From positions 1 through 58,323 of the forward strand of contig NW_027367423.1 in NCBI RefSeq assembly GCF_046119375.1: a stretch of DNA of 58,323 nt, written 5' to 3'. This document shows, one piece after another, positions 25,096 to 35,574 of this stretch. The notes beneath the pieces are model-generated. The model worked only from the letters and a program-made list of their open reading frames with translations, ran no database searches and was not told where the DNA came from. The first letter of the stretch is position 1, and the number at the start of each line of letters is the position of its first letter. This stretch comes from Phyllobates terribilis (lineage: Eukaryota). The position numbers were made by a program, and so were the translations under genes.

Positions 25096-27952
25096 TCAAG
25101 AATCAACGTTGATCCATTCATCTAAGGTCGGAGTTGCTACCCCAATGTTCTTCATATCAAAAATGTTGGCTGGTTCAGTACACAAAAGTATGTCAGATAT
25201 AAATGACGAACACTCAACCGTAAATCAGTACAAACTGTTCATAAAATCATCTATAATTTGTTAAATTAGTGGATCAAATTTGACATATAGAAACGTTTAA
25301 TTAGAAAATTTAGCTAAAATTATTATATAATAAGAATAAAAAGCGTCAATAAAAGTGGATGAGGTCTGACCAGCATGAATTTCTGGAGTTGCAGCTGCTG
25401 TGGCATCAACAATTACACTGACTGAAGAGAAATCCAATGCTACAGCATCAAAAACTGTTTGCCTAATGCAATTTGGTGTTTGAACACCTACACAGTCCAA
25501 AAAAATATTCAAGTTCAACCATGACAGCAAATAGAACGAGCACACGAAAAAGTTAATACATTACCAGTAACAGCTAAGCTATCGATCCCAGCAGTGCAAA
25601 GCAAAGAGTGAAGGTGTGTAGCAAAGAAGGCACTGAAACGCGTCTTCACTAACTTATAATCTCCCTCGCAAATGATAAGCCCATCAACTAGCTCTGAGCC
25701 AACGCTTCCCTTTGCAGTCGGTCCTGTCTTCTCTGTAGAGTAGTGATGCCGGCGGAATAGTTCTACATCTCGTCCTAATGGATCGTGCTCCCTTACAACC
25801 TTGTTACATATATTTTTTTAGATTTTAGTTTCCATCTAAAGAATGATGCATACAATAGGTAGGTACAGACAGTGAGTGTATGCTACAGGTCAGGGATTCG
25901 ATTTCTCATGGCAACAACCTTCCTGCCTTGTTTATGGAGGAGATGGGTTGGGCTGCAAACCTGATGCTTCTAGTGCCAGGTCCGGCCCAGTTATCATGGG
26001 CCGGGCCCAGGACTGTAAGCCATGCAGCCCAACACATCTCCTCCTTGTAATTAAATTTTGGTTATAGGTAGGTACAGACACTGAGTATATGCTAAAGGTC
26101 AGGGATTCGATTCCTCCTGGCAACAACCTTCCTGCCTTGTTTATGGAGGAGATGGGTTGGGCTGCAAACCTGATGCTTCTAGTGCCAGGTCCGGCCCAGT
26201 TATCATGGGCCGGGCCCAGGACTGTAGCCCATGCAGCCCAACACATCTCCTCCTTGTAATTAAATTTTGGTTATAGGTAGGTACAGACACTGAGTATATG
26301 CTAAAGGTCAGGGATTCGATTCCTCCTGGCAACAACCTTCCTGCCTTGTTTATGGAGGAGATGGGTTGGGCTGCAAACCTGATGCTTCTAGTGCCAGGTC
26401 CGGCCCAGTTATCATGGGCCGGGCCCAGGACTGTAGCCCATGCAGCCCAACACATCTCCTCCTTGTAATTAAATTTTGGTTATAGGTAGGTACAGACACT
26501 GAGTATATGCTAAAGGTCAGGGATTCGATTCCTCCTGGCAACAACCTTCCTGCCTTGTTTATGGAGGAGATGGGTTGGGCTGCAATTCTGATGCCTCTAG
26601 TGTCAGGTCCGGCCTAGTTATCATGGGCCGGGCCCAGGACTGTAGCCCATGCAGCCCAACACATCTCCTCCTTGTAATTAAAGGCAGGAAGGTTGTTATG
26701 AATAGAAATCGAACCCTACCTTCAACATATCATCCTTATTTGGACCAGGGTTGCCTGATTCTCCCAATATATGGAGAATCGCGAATCGATACTCACGTTC
26801 TGGAACTTGATTCTTAGAAGTTCCGGTTCTCCAAGTTCGGCGAATCGGGCGAAGCAAGGATATAAAGGACGAAACGTGTTCCTTTTTGTCATAAATTGTG
26901 TTCCTAGCATACATGAACTTACTATTAATGCATGTTAAACTAATAATGGATGAAATGTTTGATTGAAAAAACGAATGAATTTATAAATAGTAGCGAATCA
27001 TGTTTCAAAGATGAACGAATCACGTTTCAAAATATAACGATCCAACACTTTGTGATTCTCTGACGAATCGATTCTCCAAGAAATGGAGAATCGCGTTCAC
27101 GTTCCGGTTCTTCTGCGAATCAGGCAACCCTGATTTGGATACATATGTCAACGGTTGAGAGATACTATGGATTGTAACTTGTACTAATGAATCTGTGCAT
27201 ACCAATGCATATCGAAAGTGTGAAATCAATTCATGATGTTGTCACAAGTTATCCATCTAACCATTTTACTAACTTCATATTCTACCAGCATGTGTTGTTT
27301 AATCAGGTGAAGTTACGAATTTGACAACATTCTTTTGTGCTCAAGTAATAATAACCAAAATTTAATGATACTCTTGTTGATTCACACAAAAGAAAATCAT
27401 CTTAAGAAACACTATTACAATTTTTCTAGGTCATTTCTTGTGTTTGGTTTGAGTATCAATAAAACCAACAGTCATAGTATTATCTGAACATTTCTAGTTA
27501 GCCCCACCCTCATCATCAAATCTTGATACTGAAGAACATACCCAAAACATATCAATTGAGTTGGTCATAACAACATCAATTGAGTTGAAGCACAGTTTTT
27601 ATGACAGTCTATCAAAAACTCCCTCATCTCTAGGGTTCTATTAAACAAGAAGATTTGATTCATACTTGAAGTGATCAAGAGTAGAAAAAGATACCCAAAT
27701 TACGAGCATCCCACGCTGACGAGCAATTTCTACAGCCTTTACAACATTGGGAACTATAGCTGCTCCCCCAGCAACATGCATCGGACCTCCAGCAAGTATG
27801 AAATCATTCTGAAAAAATGAATTCATAGAGTTTCATCTCTTAATTCTATTAAAACAGGAGGAGATTAGGAAATCAGCTATATTACATAAGCGATAAGGAA
27901 TTACCTGCATATCTATAACTAAAAGAGCTGTTTTCTTCATTTTTTCAGCCAT
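25096..27952 (-). CDS. Isochorismatase-family hydrolase / nicotinamidase-like protein, 195 aa (resembles Arabidopsis At3g16190 as recalled)
   Basis: Exons 27952-27905, 27808-27695, 25799-25565, 25487-25371 and 25169-25096 sum to 588 nt in frame. Motifs ALLVIDMQNDF, KTRFSAF and GVQTPNCIRQT give the family Asp-Lys-Cys triad. Confidence 0.92.
25855..26682. repeat. Tandem array of ~4 x 209 bp built from a foldback element, in intron 2 of the isochorismatase gene
   Basis: AGGGATTCG recurs at 25892, 26101, 26310 and 26519. Units 2 and 3 look identical; each unit is largely self-complementary. Confidence 0.95.
26746..27132. mobile_element. Non-autonomous hAT element
   Basis: TIRs CAGGGTTGCCTGATTC / GAATCAGGCAACCCTG, TSD ATTTGGAC / ATTTGGAT (7 of 8 match), and CGAATC subterminal repeats. 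Confidence 0.9.
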
Positions 27953-28384
27953 CAGTTGTTCTGTGTGATTAGAAGAAAATGAAATCACTTCACTGCTCAA
28001 CTCAATGAGCCAGTACAGAGACAAGATAAGCAACTTTAATGGGCTGGGCCGGACTGGGCCGTCTTCTACAAATGAACAGATTTGGGCGACGTGGGATGCG
28101 AAGCAAAGTGCTCCGAATTTGAGTACAGAGAAGAAATGGTAGAGATGGCGATCGATGCCAATCAAGGATGGTTAGTTATGTTTCGACTGGAATTGAAAAA
28201 GCGCAGTGGATGAAGCCATGCTCCATGCCATGGTTCACGACATATACTTTTTCCTGTTAAAGGCCCATCCACCGACCACTGTCCCCTCCTTTTTATTTCA
28301 TTCCTATTTTCATTTTCCCCAAATTCCTCCTAGGGTTTCTCCATCCCACAGGAGGAGGGAGGGGAAGAGGAAAAGGGAGGGGCT
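27953..28384. promoter_or_regulatory. Candidate bidirectional promoter between the isochorismatase and FRL genes
   Basis: The start codons are only 432 bp apart, head-to-head. Clustered TGGGCY (site II-like) motifs at ~28039-28062 and GGCCCA at ~28262. Confidence 0.55.
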
Positions 28385-29985
28385 ATGGGTTCCAAATCCT
28401 ATCCAGGCGAGTTGACACTGTCGCCGCCGCCGGAGCTATCGCCGAGCTTTGAAGAGTTTCAGAAGCAGGCCTCTTTAATGACGTCTTGCACTCTTCTATG
28501 GAAGGAGCTATCGGATCACTTCACTACCCTTGACCAGGATCTTCATCGGAAATCCGAATCTCTCAAGCGGAAAATCCAAGCCCTAGATGATGAGACCAAA
28601 GAGTGTCTGAAGGCTCTCGAGAAGAGGGAGGTCACTATCGACGGCTCCATCAATCTAGCAATTGGAAGGGCGGAAAAGGTGAAGCGCTCCGCAATTAGAC
28701 TTTTGGACGGCGAGGGAGAGGTCGCTGATGACGGAGAGGTGGATGATGGCGAAGGATTGCTTCTTAACCTGCGAGGCTTTTGCATCCGGATGGATCACGA
28801 AGGTTTTTGGAGGTTCGTGACCGCCAGGAAGAAGGAACTGGGGGTGCTTAGGGCGAAGATACCGGTAGCCTTCGTAGATTGTGTTGATCCGCCGAGGTTT
28901 GTGCTGGCGGCCATATCTGAGGTCTTTCCGGTCGATCGGAGACCAGAGAACAGTGACAAGCTGAATGATTTGGGGTGGGCTTGCGTTCTACTACTGGAGT
29001 CGCTAATCCCGGTGGTGATTGATCCGGTGATCGGGAAGGAGAGGTTGCTGGTAACACCGAGGGTGAAGAAGCAAGCCAACGACATAGCAAACACATGGAA
29101 AGCAAGCTTGGAAGAGAGAGGCGGGATTGAAAACGTGAAGACCCCAGACGTTCATACTTTTCTTCAGCATTTAGTCACTTTTGGGATTTTCAAGGATGAA
29201 GATGTCGATTTGTACAGAAATCTCGTCATTGGTTCCGCTTGGAGGAAGCAAATGCCAAAGCTCGCAGTTTCACTTGGGTTGAGCAATAACATGCCTGGTA
29301 AGCTTAAAAACCTCTGACATTAATGGTGACTGGTTTACTCATCAAGCTTTCATGTGTGTGTAGAGATGATTGAGGAGCTAATTAGCAGAGGGCAGCAAGT
29401 GGATGCAGTGCATTTTACTCATGAAGCTGGATTAGTAGATAAGTACCCACTTGTACCCTTGTTGAAGTCTTTCCTTGACGATGCAAAAAAGGCTGCAGCT
29501 TTAATTCTCGAACATCCTAGCAATTCTGGAAAAGCAGCTGTACGTATCTTCTTCTTCTTCTTCTATATTCTCGTACTAGGATGTTATTAACCTTAATCTA
29601 TGATTGGCAGTACCTCGCTACTCGTAAAGAACAGTCTGCTATCCGCGCGGTTCTCAAGTGCATTGAAGAATACAAGCTAGAAGCTGAATTCCCTCCAGAG
29701 AATCTGAAGAAGCGACTTGATGAGCTCGACAAATCCAAGGTTGAGAGAAAGAAATCTATACAAATCCCAGCTAATAAACGTACACGAATATGCAACAACG
29801 GTCGCCATGCAAACAACACCTACGTGTCATCATTTCCAGCCACTGCTACCACCTTCATCCCTTCTCCTCCTGTGTACAGTAACCAGAGCCCAACGTACCA
29901 TTACTCTCCAGAAATTGTTGGATCGTATGGCGGAGGTCCACTGAATTACCAAGTCTATGGTTATCCTCCTCACACTTATTACTGA
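28385..29985 (+). CDS. FRL4: FRIGIDA-like protein, FRL4-type, 487 aa
   Basis: Exons 28385-29297, 29364-29539 and 29611-29985 sum to 1464 nt in frame. Motifs CVDPPRFVLAAISEVFP, WRKQMPKLAVSLGL, MIEELISRGQQVDAVHF and KEQSAIRAVLKCIEEYKL. The subfamily call is from recall. Confidence 0.9.
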
Positions 29986-30507
29986 TTTATAACGTGACGG
30001 TTTCGTTTGACAGTCATAACAACTGAATCTGAGTTTGATGGTGAACTGGGAAAACCCATGCGCTTGTGACCAACAATGGCTCTGTGCTGTGAGGGATTAG
30101 TCCTTCTGCCCTTTCGGTGGTATGGTATCTATATCAATCTATCTGTTGTGTGTTTAAATTTTGTGACGAAATGTAAAAAATTGTTTGCGGTTGTCTAATG
30201 TGTGAATAGAATAAAACTGATGTTTGTCGATTTTGTTTTGGTTGGGTTTTGGTCTTAGCATATCTAATGCATAATTCCATACGCGTGATCAAGAATGAGG
30301 TTTTGTTGTATTGAGAATAGTATTTGATATTGGAAGTTGAGATATAAATATGCTGGTGTATTATTCTCTTATTGTAAATGTTTTAGGAAGGGGTGAGCAA
30401 ATGGATATATGATTTGGTTCGCCATATTCGTATGCATATCACCCTTAACTCCTTGTAGAAAAGTTATCATAAGATTTTAGAACTGAAAATAGATGAATAA
30501 ACAAGTA

Positions 30508-30797
30508 GATGGAGGTTTTGGTGCGTATAGTCTATTTCGTGTGTACGTGCGTATATGAACCTCTCTGTGTAATTTAATGAACCTCCATGTCTTATGTTTT
30601 GAATTACATATCTACTATGAACCTTCATTTCTGAAATTTTAGGTGATTCAGAAAATAAGACACGTAGTTCATTAAATTTCAGGTTCATAGTAAATATGTG
30701 GTTCAAAACATAATACATGGAGGTTCATTAAATTACACAGAGAGGTTCATATACGCACGTACGCATGAAATGGGATGTACGCATATGATCATGTCCC
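30508..30797. mobile_element. Foldback MITE (near-perfect long hairpin)
   Basis: Arm 30535-30603 (..GTACGTGCGTATATGAACCTCTCTGTGTAATTTAATGAACCTCCATGT..) is the reverse complement of 30702-30770; the pairing extends further with mismatches. Confidence 0.85.
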
Positions 30798-30877
30798 TAA
30801 ACAAGTAATCTTCTTTAAAAATGGAATATCAAAATAATTTCATAATTTTCATGATATAATGTACAAGTTTTGTTAGG

Positions 30878-32132
30878 TGAGCTGAATGTTGTATGAGAAA
30901 TTTAAGATGGTTTTATTTGTACTATTTAGCATATTTGTATAGGAGTTTTGAGTGTTTTTAATAGAGTTGTAATGATCTAATCTTGAAATTCGAGAACTGC
31001 ATAATTGATGATTATTTTATATAAGTCTAAGAGCACTTCGTTGTTGAAAAAGAAGTTGAAGGAAGGAGCTACAAGAAATGAGATGAGTCGAAGTGTTTCT
31101 GAAGACGGGGTACACGTTTCTGGAGTAACATTGTGTAGACGTAGCTTCCAGAAGAAGAAAGACGCCATCGTGAAGATTGCGCACTCGCGCCCTATCTGTC
31201 ATGCCCCGCGATATGGAAGATATTGAAGAAACGACGTACTAAGTTAGTTGGAGAAGATAGAACCACGCGCCCCATGAATCATTGAGGAAGTCGAAGATTC
31301 AGATTTTCTTATTTCGCCTTAAGATATCTCAATTACTTATCTAGTTAATTAGTTTTGAAATATATTATTAGTTTCTGATTTATTTAGTTTTAAATATTAT
31401 ATTAATTAGTTTTTATTTTATCTTTTATTGTAAGATTGAATATGATGATCTCTACTTAAAAGGGAGTTCTCCTAGGAGATCAGTATCTTAGTTTTTATAG
31501 TTTGAATCATTTAGTTTTCTATGTCTATGAGGAGTTAAGCTCGCATTTGTTTCACTTGGCTTTGAAGTTTATACAAGTTTTGGTATGACAGGTATTCTCT
31601 CTATCAGTTCTTAATTCCAACAAGGTTATTTTGTGCTTCTCTTGGTCATAAAGTTGATTGTTTGTATTGCTTCTCTAGATCGATCACATAGTTTGGTTAA
31701 TATGTTGCATATTATTATCCTCGTAATACAAAACCATTTATGATAGTTCTCATTGCGTGCATATTTAGGTGGGAAGTAGCATGATTAGAATTTGTCAGTT
31801 TTGATTGCGTCTTATTTCATGTACCTTCTAATCTTATATCGAGATCTTAGATAAGGATAACATAGAATTAAGACTGATAGGTTTAAGAATACAAGGATTG
31901 GAAGTATAGTAAGTATGAATGTATGTGTTAAGTTGAAACTAACCACAATCATAACATAAAAATCTAATCTTTAGTTTCATTTGTTGCTGATTAACAAAAC
32001 CCATGATAAGCTTCCAACTTTCACTTGCTATTCTATTTCTCTCTTTGGGATCGACTCTTACTTACCGCTTACTTCTGTATTTGGTAGTCTAGGAAAAATA
32101 TTAATTTGTCGTGCGTAACGACCGCGTGTCGA
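30878..32132 (+). mobile_element. Solo-LTR-like repeat (Gypsy Athila/Tat-like), copy A; start approximate
   Basis: Long alignment with 32930-34815; ends GATCGAC..CTTACC..GTAGTCTAGGAAAAA..CGCGTGTCGA; no coding content. Confidence 0.6.
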
Positions 32133-32929
32133 TATTAATTTACCACTTACAAAAGTATTCACCTTTAATTTCACCAATGATTTCATATTTACCTCTTCTA
32201 TTTCCATATCTAATGTCATTGTCTCCATTGAATAACGTAGTTCTAGCGTCGATGATGCCTTACTGTCATGTCTTTTTCCAGGTCGTCGGATCTGGGTTCT
32301 TTGCCACAGATTCTGGTGTCATACCATCACCCACCACATCACCAGTTCGAGAGAAGTGCAGAGTTTTGTATTGAGCACATCTCATTATGTTCCCTGAGTA
32401 CCAAGGAGTTTTCATAAGTGACACCAGAACGCACTTGACTTCCCCATTGTTGCACCCCTCTCCTAACGCTTAGATAAAGCGTCTCATTTTCGGTCTTCGA
32501 TAAATTCTGACATTTAGTTATTTCTTCGCTTCCAATCCCCTTTCTCTAGATGTTTTCTATCTTTTTCTTTTCCCTTATCTTTTGTGCTCAATATCTACAT
32601 TGAGCACAATGCTAAAATTAAGTATGGAAGGAGAGATAGATTCATTATTGTAAATAATTCACTAGATTTTTCGTAGTTTTGTTGAGTCAACATTTGATAT
32701 TCATAGTTAGATATTGTTTCGGTTTATTCTTGTTGCATTTGTTGATTATCGAGTTTGTAAATATTACTTCTGCTTCAAAAAAATAATAATAATAAGGTCA
32801 CAAAAAGAAAAATAATATCAAAATCCTATGATGATTTGGTAATCAACTGAGACGATTCATGCAAAAAGCAGGTAACCTAGACCGGATATATACTGGTGAA
32901 ATACGAGTTTATGAAAGATGTAAAATTAT

Positions 32930-34815
32930 ATGAGCCCGATACTAAAAGAAGAGGAGTGGCTAGGTAAAATCCTAAACACCTAGAGAGAGTATAAGAGTTT
33001 TGAGAGGTTTTAATAGAGGTGTAATGATCCGCTCGACATACGAGAAACACATAATTGAAGATTTACGTGAGTTTGAGAGCACTCCATTGCTAAAGAAGCT
33101 GAAGGAAGGATCTACAAGACATGGTCTGAGTTAAAGTATATTTCGAAGATGAAGTACTAGTTTATGGAGTAACATTGTGGAGACATAGTTTCTAGAAGAA
33201 GAAAAACACCACCATGAAGATCGCGCCACCCGCCCTATCTGTCGCTTCCCGCGATCTGGAAGATAATGGAAATGGCGTAATAAGTTAGTTGGAGAAGATA
33301 AAAGAAGAAGATTCAACTAAAGGCATGTTGCGCCCCATGATCCATTGAAGAAGTCGAAGATTTAGATTTTCTTATCTCACCTTAGGAATATCTGAGTTAT
33401 TTATCTAATTAGTTAGTTTTAACATATTTTTTAGTTTTAGGTTTAGTTAGTTTTATATATTATTTTTTATTTTTTTAAAACTTGAATAGGATGAATCTCT
33501 ACTTAACCATAGTTCTTCATAGGAGATCAGTATTTAAGTTTTCATAGTTTGAATTGCTTAGTTTTCTATGTTTATGAGGAGCTAAGTTTGCATTTATTTT
33601 ACTTGACTTTGAAGTTTATAAAACTTTGGGTTTCGTAAGTGTTCTCTTTATCAATTCTTAATTCCGACACATGTTATTCATACTTCTCCTGGTTATGAAG
33701 TTGATTGTTTTATATTACTTATCTAGGTTGATCACTTAGTTTGGTTAATATATTGCATACTGTTATCCTGGTAATATAAAGCCTTTTATGCTAGTTGTGG
33801 TTGCGTCCATATATAGGTAGGGAGTAGCATATACATTGGAATTCGTCATTTCTACTTGCGTCTTATTTCATGTACTTTCTAAATATTAGAATAGGATATT
33901 AGGTCTAGATAAGAATAACATATGAGTTAATACTGATAGGTTTAATAAATACAAGGATCAAAATCGTAACAAGTATAAACAAACCTGTTAAGTTGAAACT
34001 AACCAAAATCATAACATAAAAATCCAATCTTTAATTTCATTTGGCGTTGATTATAAAAAAACTGATTATGTTATTGAAAACTTCCAACTTTTACTGATTA
34101 GGGTTTAAAATCACCAACGGGTGACCATTTCACCCGTCACCTTGACACGAGTTTCGGGGATGAAAATCTGAGATAAACGGATGACGGGTGAACGGATGGT
34201 GGATCGGATGTGGTTGATGGAAGATCATCCACCACCTTCCACCCGCCACCCGTATATATTTTTATATATAAATGTATTTTAATATACTACGTATATTAAT
34301 TTTTTATAAAAACTTATAAGCCAAAACTAGGATTTATGTTCTTTGTATGAAGTGTGAGCAAAGTAACAAGGAACAAGACAATGGGATAGAAGAGTTGTCT
34401 ATTTTTTAGTCCTTATTTATGTAATATTTTTTACATTATCGACATCATGTAATATTTTTAAGTGTTAAGAATACGAATTGTCCCGTGAATGATTTGGATT
34501 GTGAGTTTGTAAATGATTTTAAATTGTCTATGTGTAGTTGAATAGGTGAATAAATGGATGCACTCGTTTCACCTGTGGATGATGGGTGGACGAATGATGA
34601 ATGATACTTTAACCGGGTGGTGTGTGGGTTGGATGATAAAAAAAAGGTGGGTGAATGATGGAAGTGGTATTTTCATCTATCACTCGACCCATTTTAAACC
34701 CTATACTTGATATTCTACTTCTCTTCGTGAGATCGACCCCTTGCTTACCTGCTTACTTCCCTATTTGGTAGTCTAGGAAAAACATTAATGTTCCGTGCAT
34801 GATGACTGAGTGTCA
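32930..34815 (+). mobile_element. Solo-LTR-like repeat, copy B, interrupted by a hAT MITE; start approximate
   Basis: Colinear with copy A over ~1.2 kb once 34099-34703 is removed; ends TGTCA. Confidence 0.6.
34099..34703. mobile_element. Non-autonomous hAT element
   Basis: TIRs TAGGGTTTAAAAT / ATTTTAAACCCTA; flanks TTACTGAT / TACTTGAT; absent from the paralogous LTR copy A. Confidence 0.85.
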
Positions 34816-35574
34816 TGAGTCGTGCTAGGAGTTGAGGAGGGCATAACGACTAGACATGGTCCAAACGGATTAAAGTTTTTAGTGAAAGAGATTGTAGAAC
34901 CGAAAACTTTGAAATAAAACAGGAGTATTTTTGAAAATATTTAAAAAATAAAAAAAACTAATTCTTTTCCGTCTAAGACTGCTAATTTTGTGTCCGTCTA
35001 AACGGTCATTTTTCAAAACACCACCTAAACAATTCCGATTTTAAATTAATAGAGCCAACAATCCACCTCTATCATCCGATTTTCCCACTTTTTAGAACAC
35101 AAACTATATAACTACCAACTGGATGATTTTTCAAGATCAGAAGATCTGTGTCAAGGCATGCTTCTCTTCTCTCAACACTCAATATAATACAATGGTGGAT
35201 CCAGAAACTAATAGAAGGAGATGCAAGAATTTTCATAAAATTTAAAATATAGATCTCGTGATATATAATAGTTCTAAAAATTATGATAAATTGTATTTGA
35301 AGAGTTGATTGTAAATAAGTTAGAAAATAATAAATCAAGACATTGTTGTTGAGTGTTTAAACAACAAAGGAGATAAATTTGTTATATAAATTTGTCTTCG
35401 ACTTAGTACTCATGAGATCTATTTGAAATTTCAATTATTATATTCTTAATTCAAATAACGAATTTATTCTTATTTTTAATAAAATTAAACAAATTATATA
35501 ATTCAAATAAATACACAAATATCAACCAAATAAATTTATATAAACACAAATTATTATTATTTTGATACAGGGCT

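Noticed and set aside
25890-25915. tRNA gene
   Set aside because: Only a T-loop/B-box-like motif is present; no D-arm, A-box or acceptor-stem pairing could be found.
25855-26682. CRISPR array or repeated protein-coding ORFs (MCWAAWATVLGP...)
   Set aside because: Units are 209 bp with no unique spacers, in a plant intron; the ORFs are by-products of a GC-rich repeat.
32240-32500. GC-richer island between the two LTR-like copies as a gene fragment
   Set aside because: No frame gave a recognisable protein motif.
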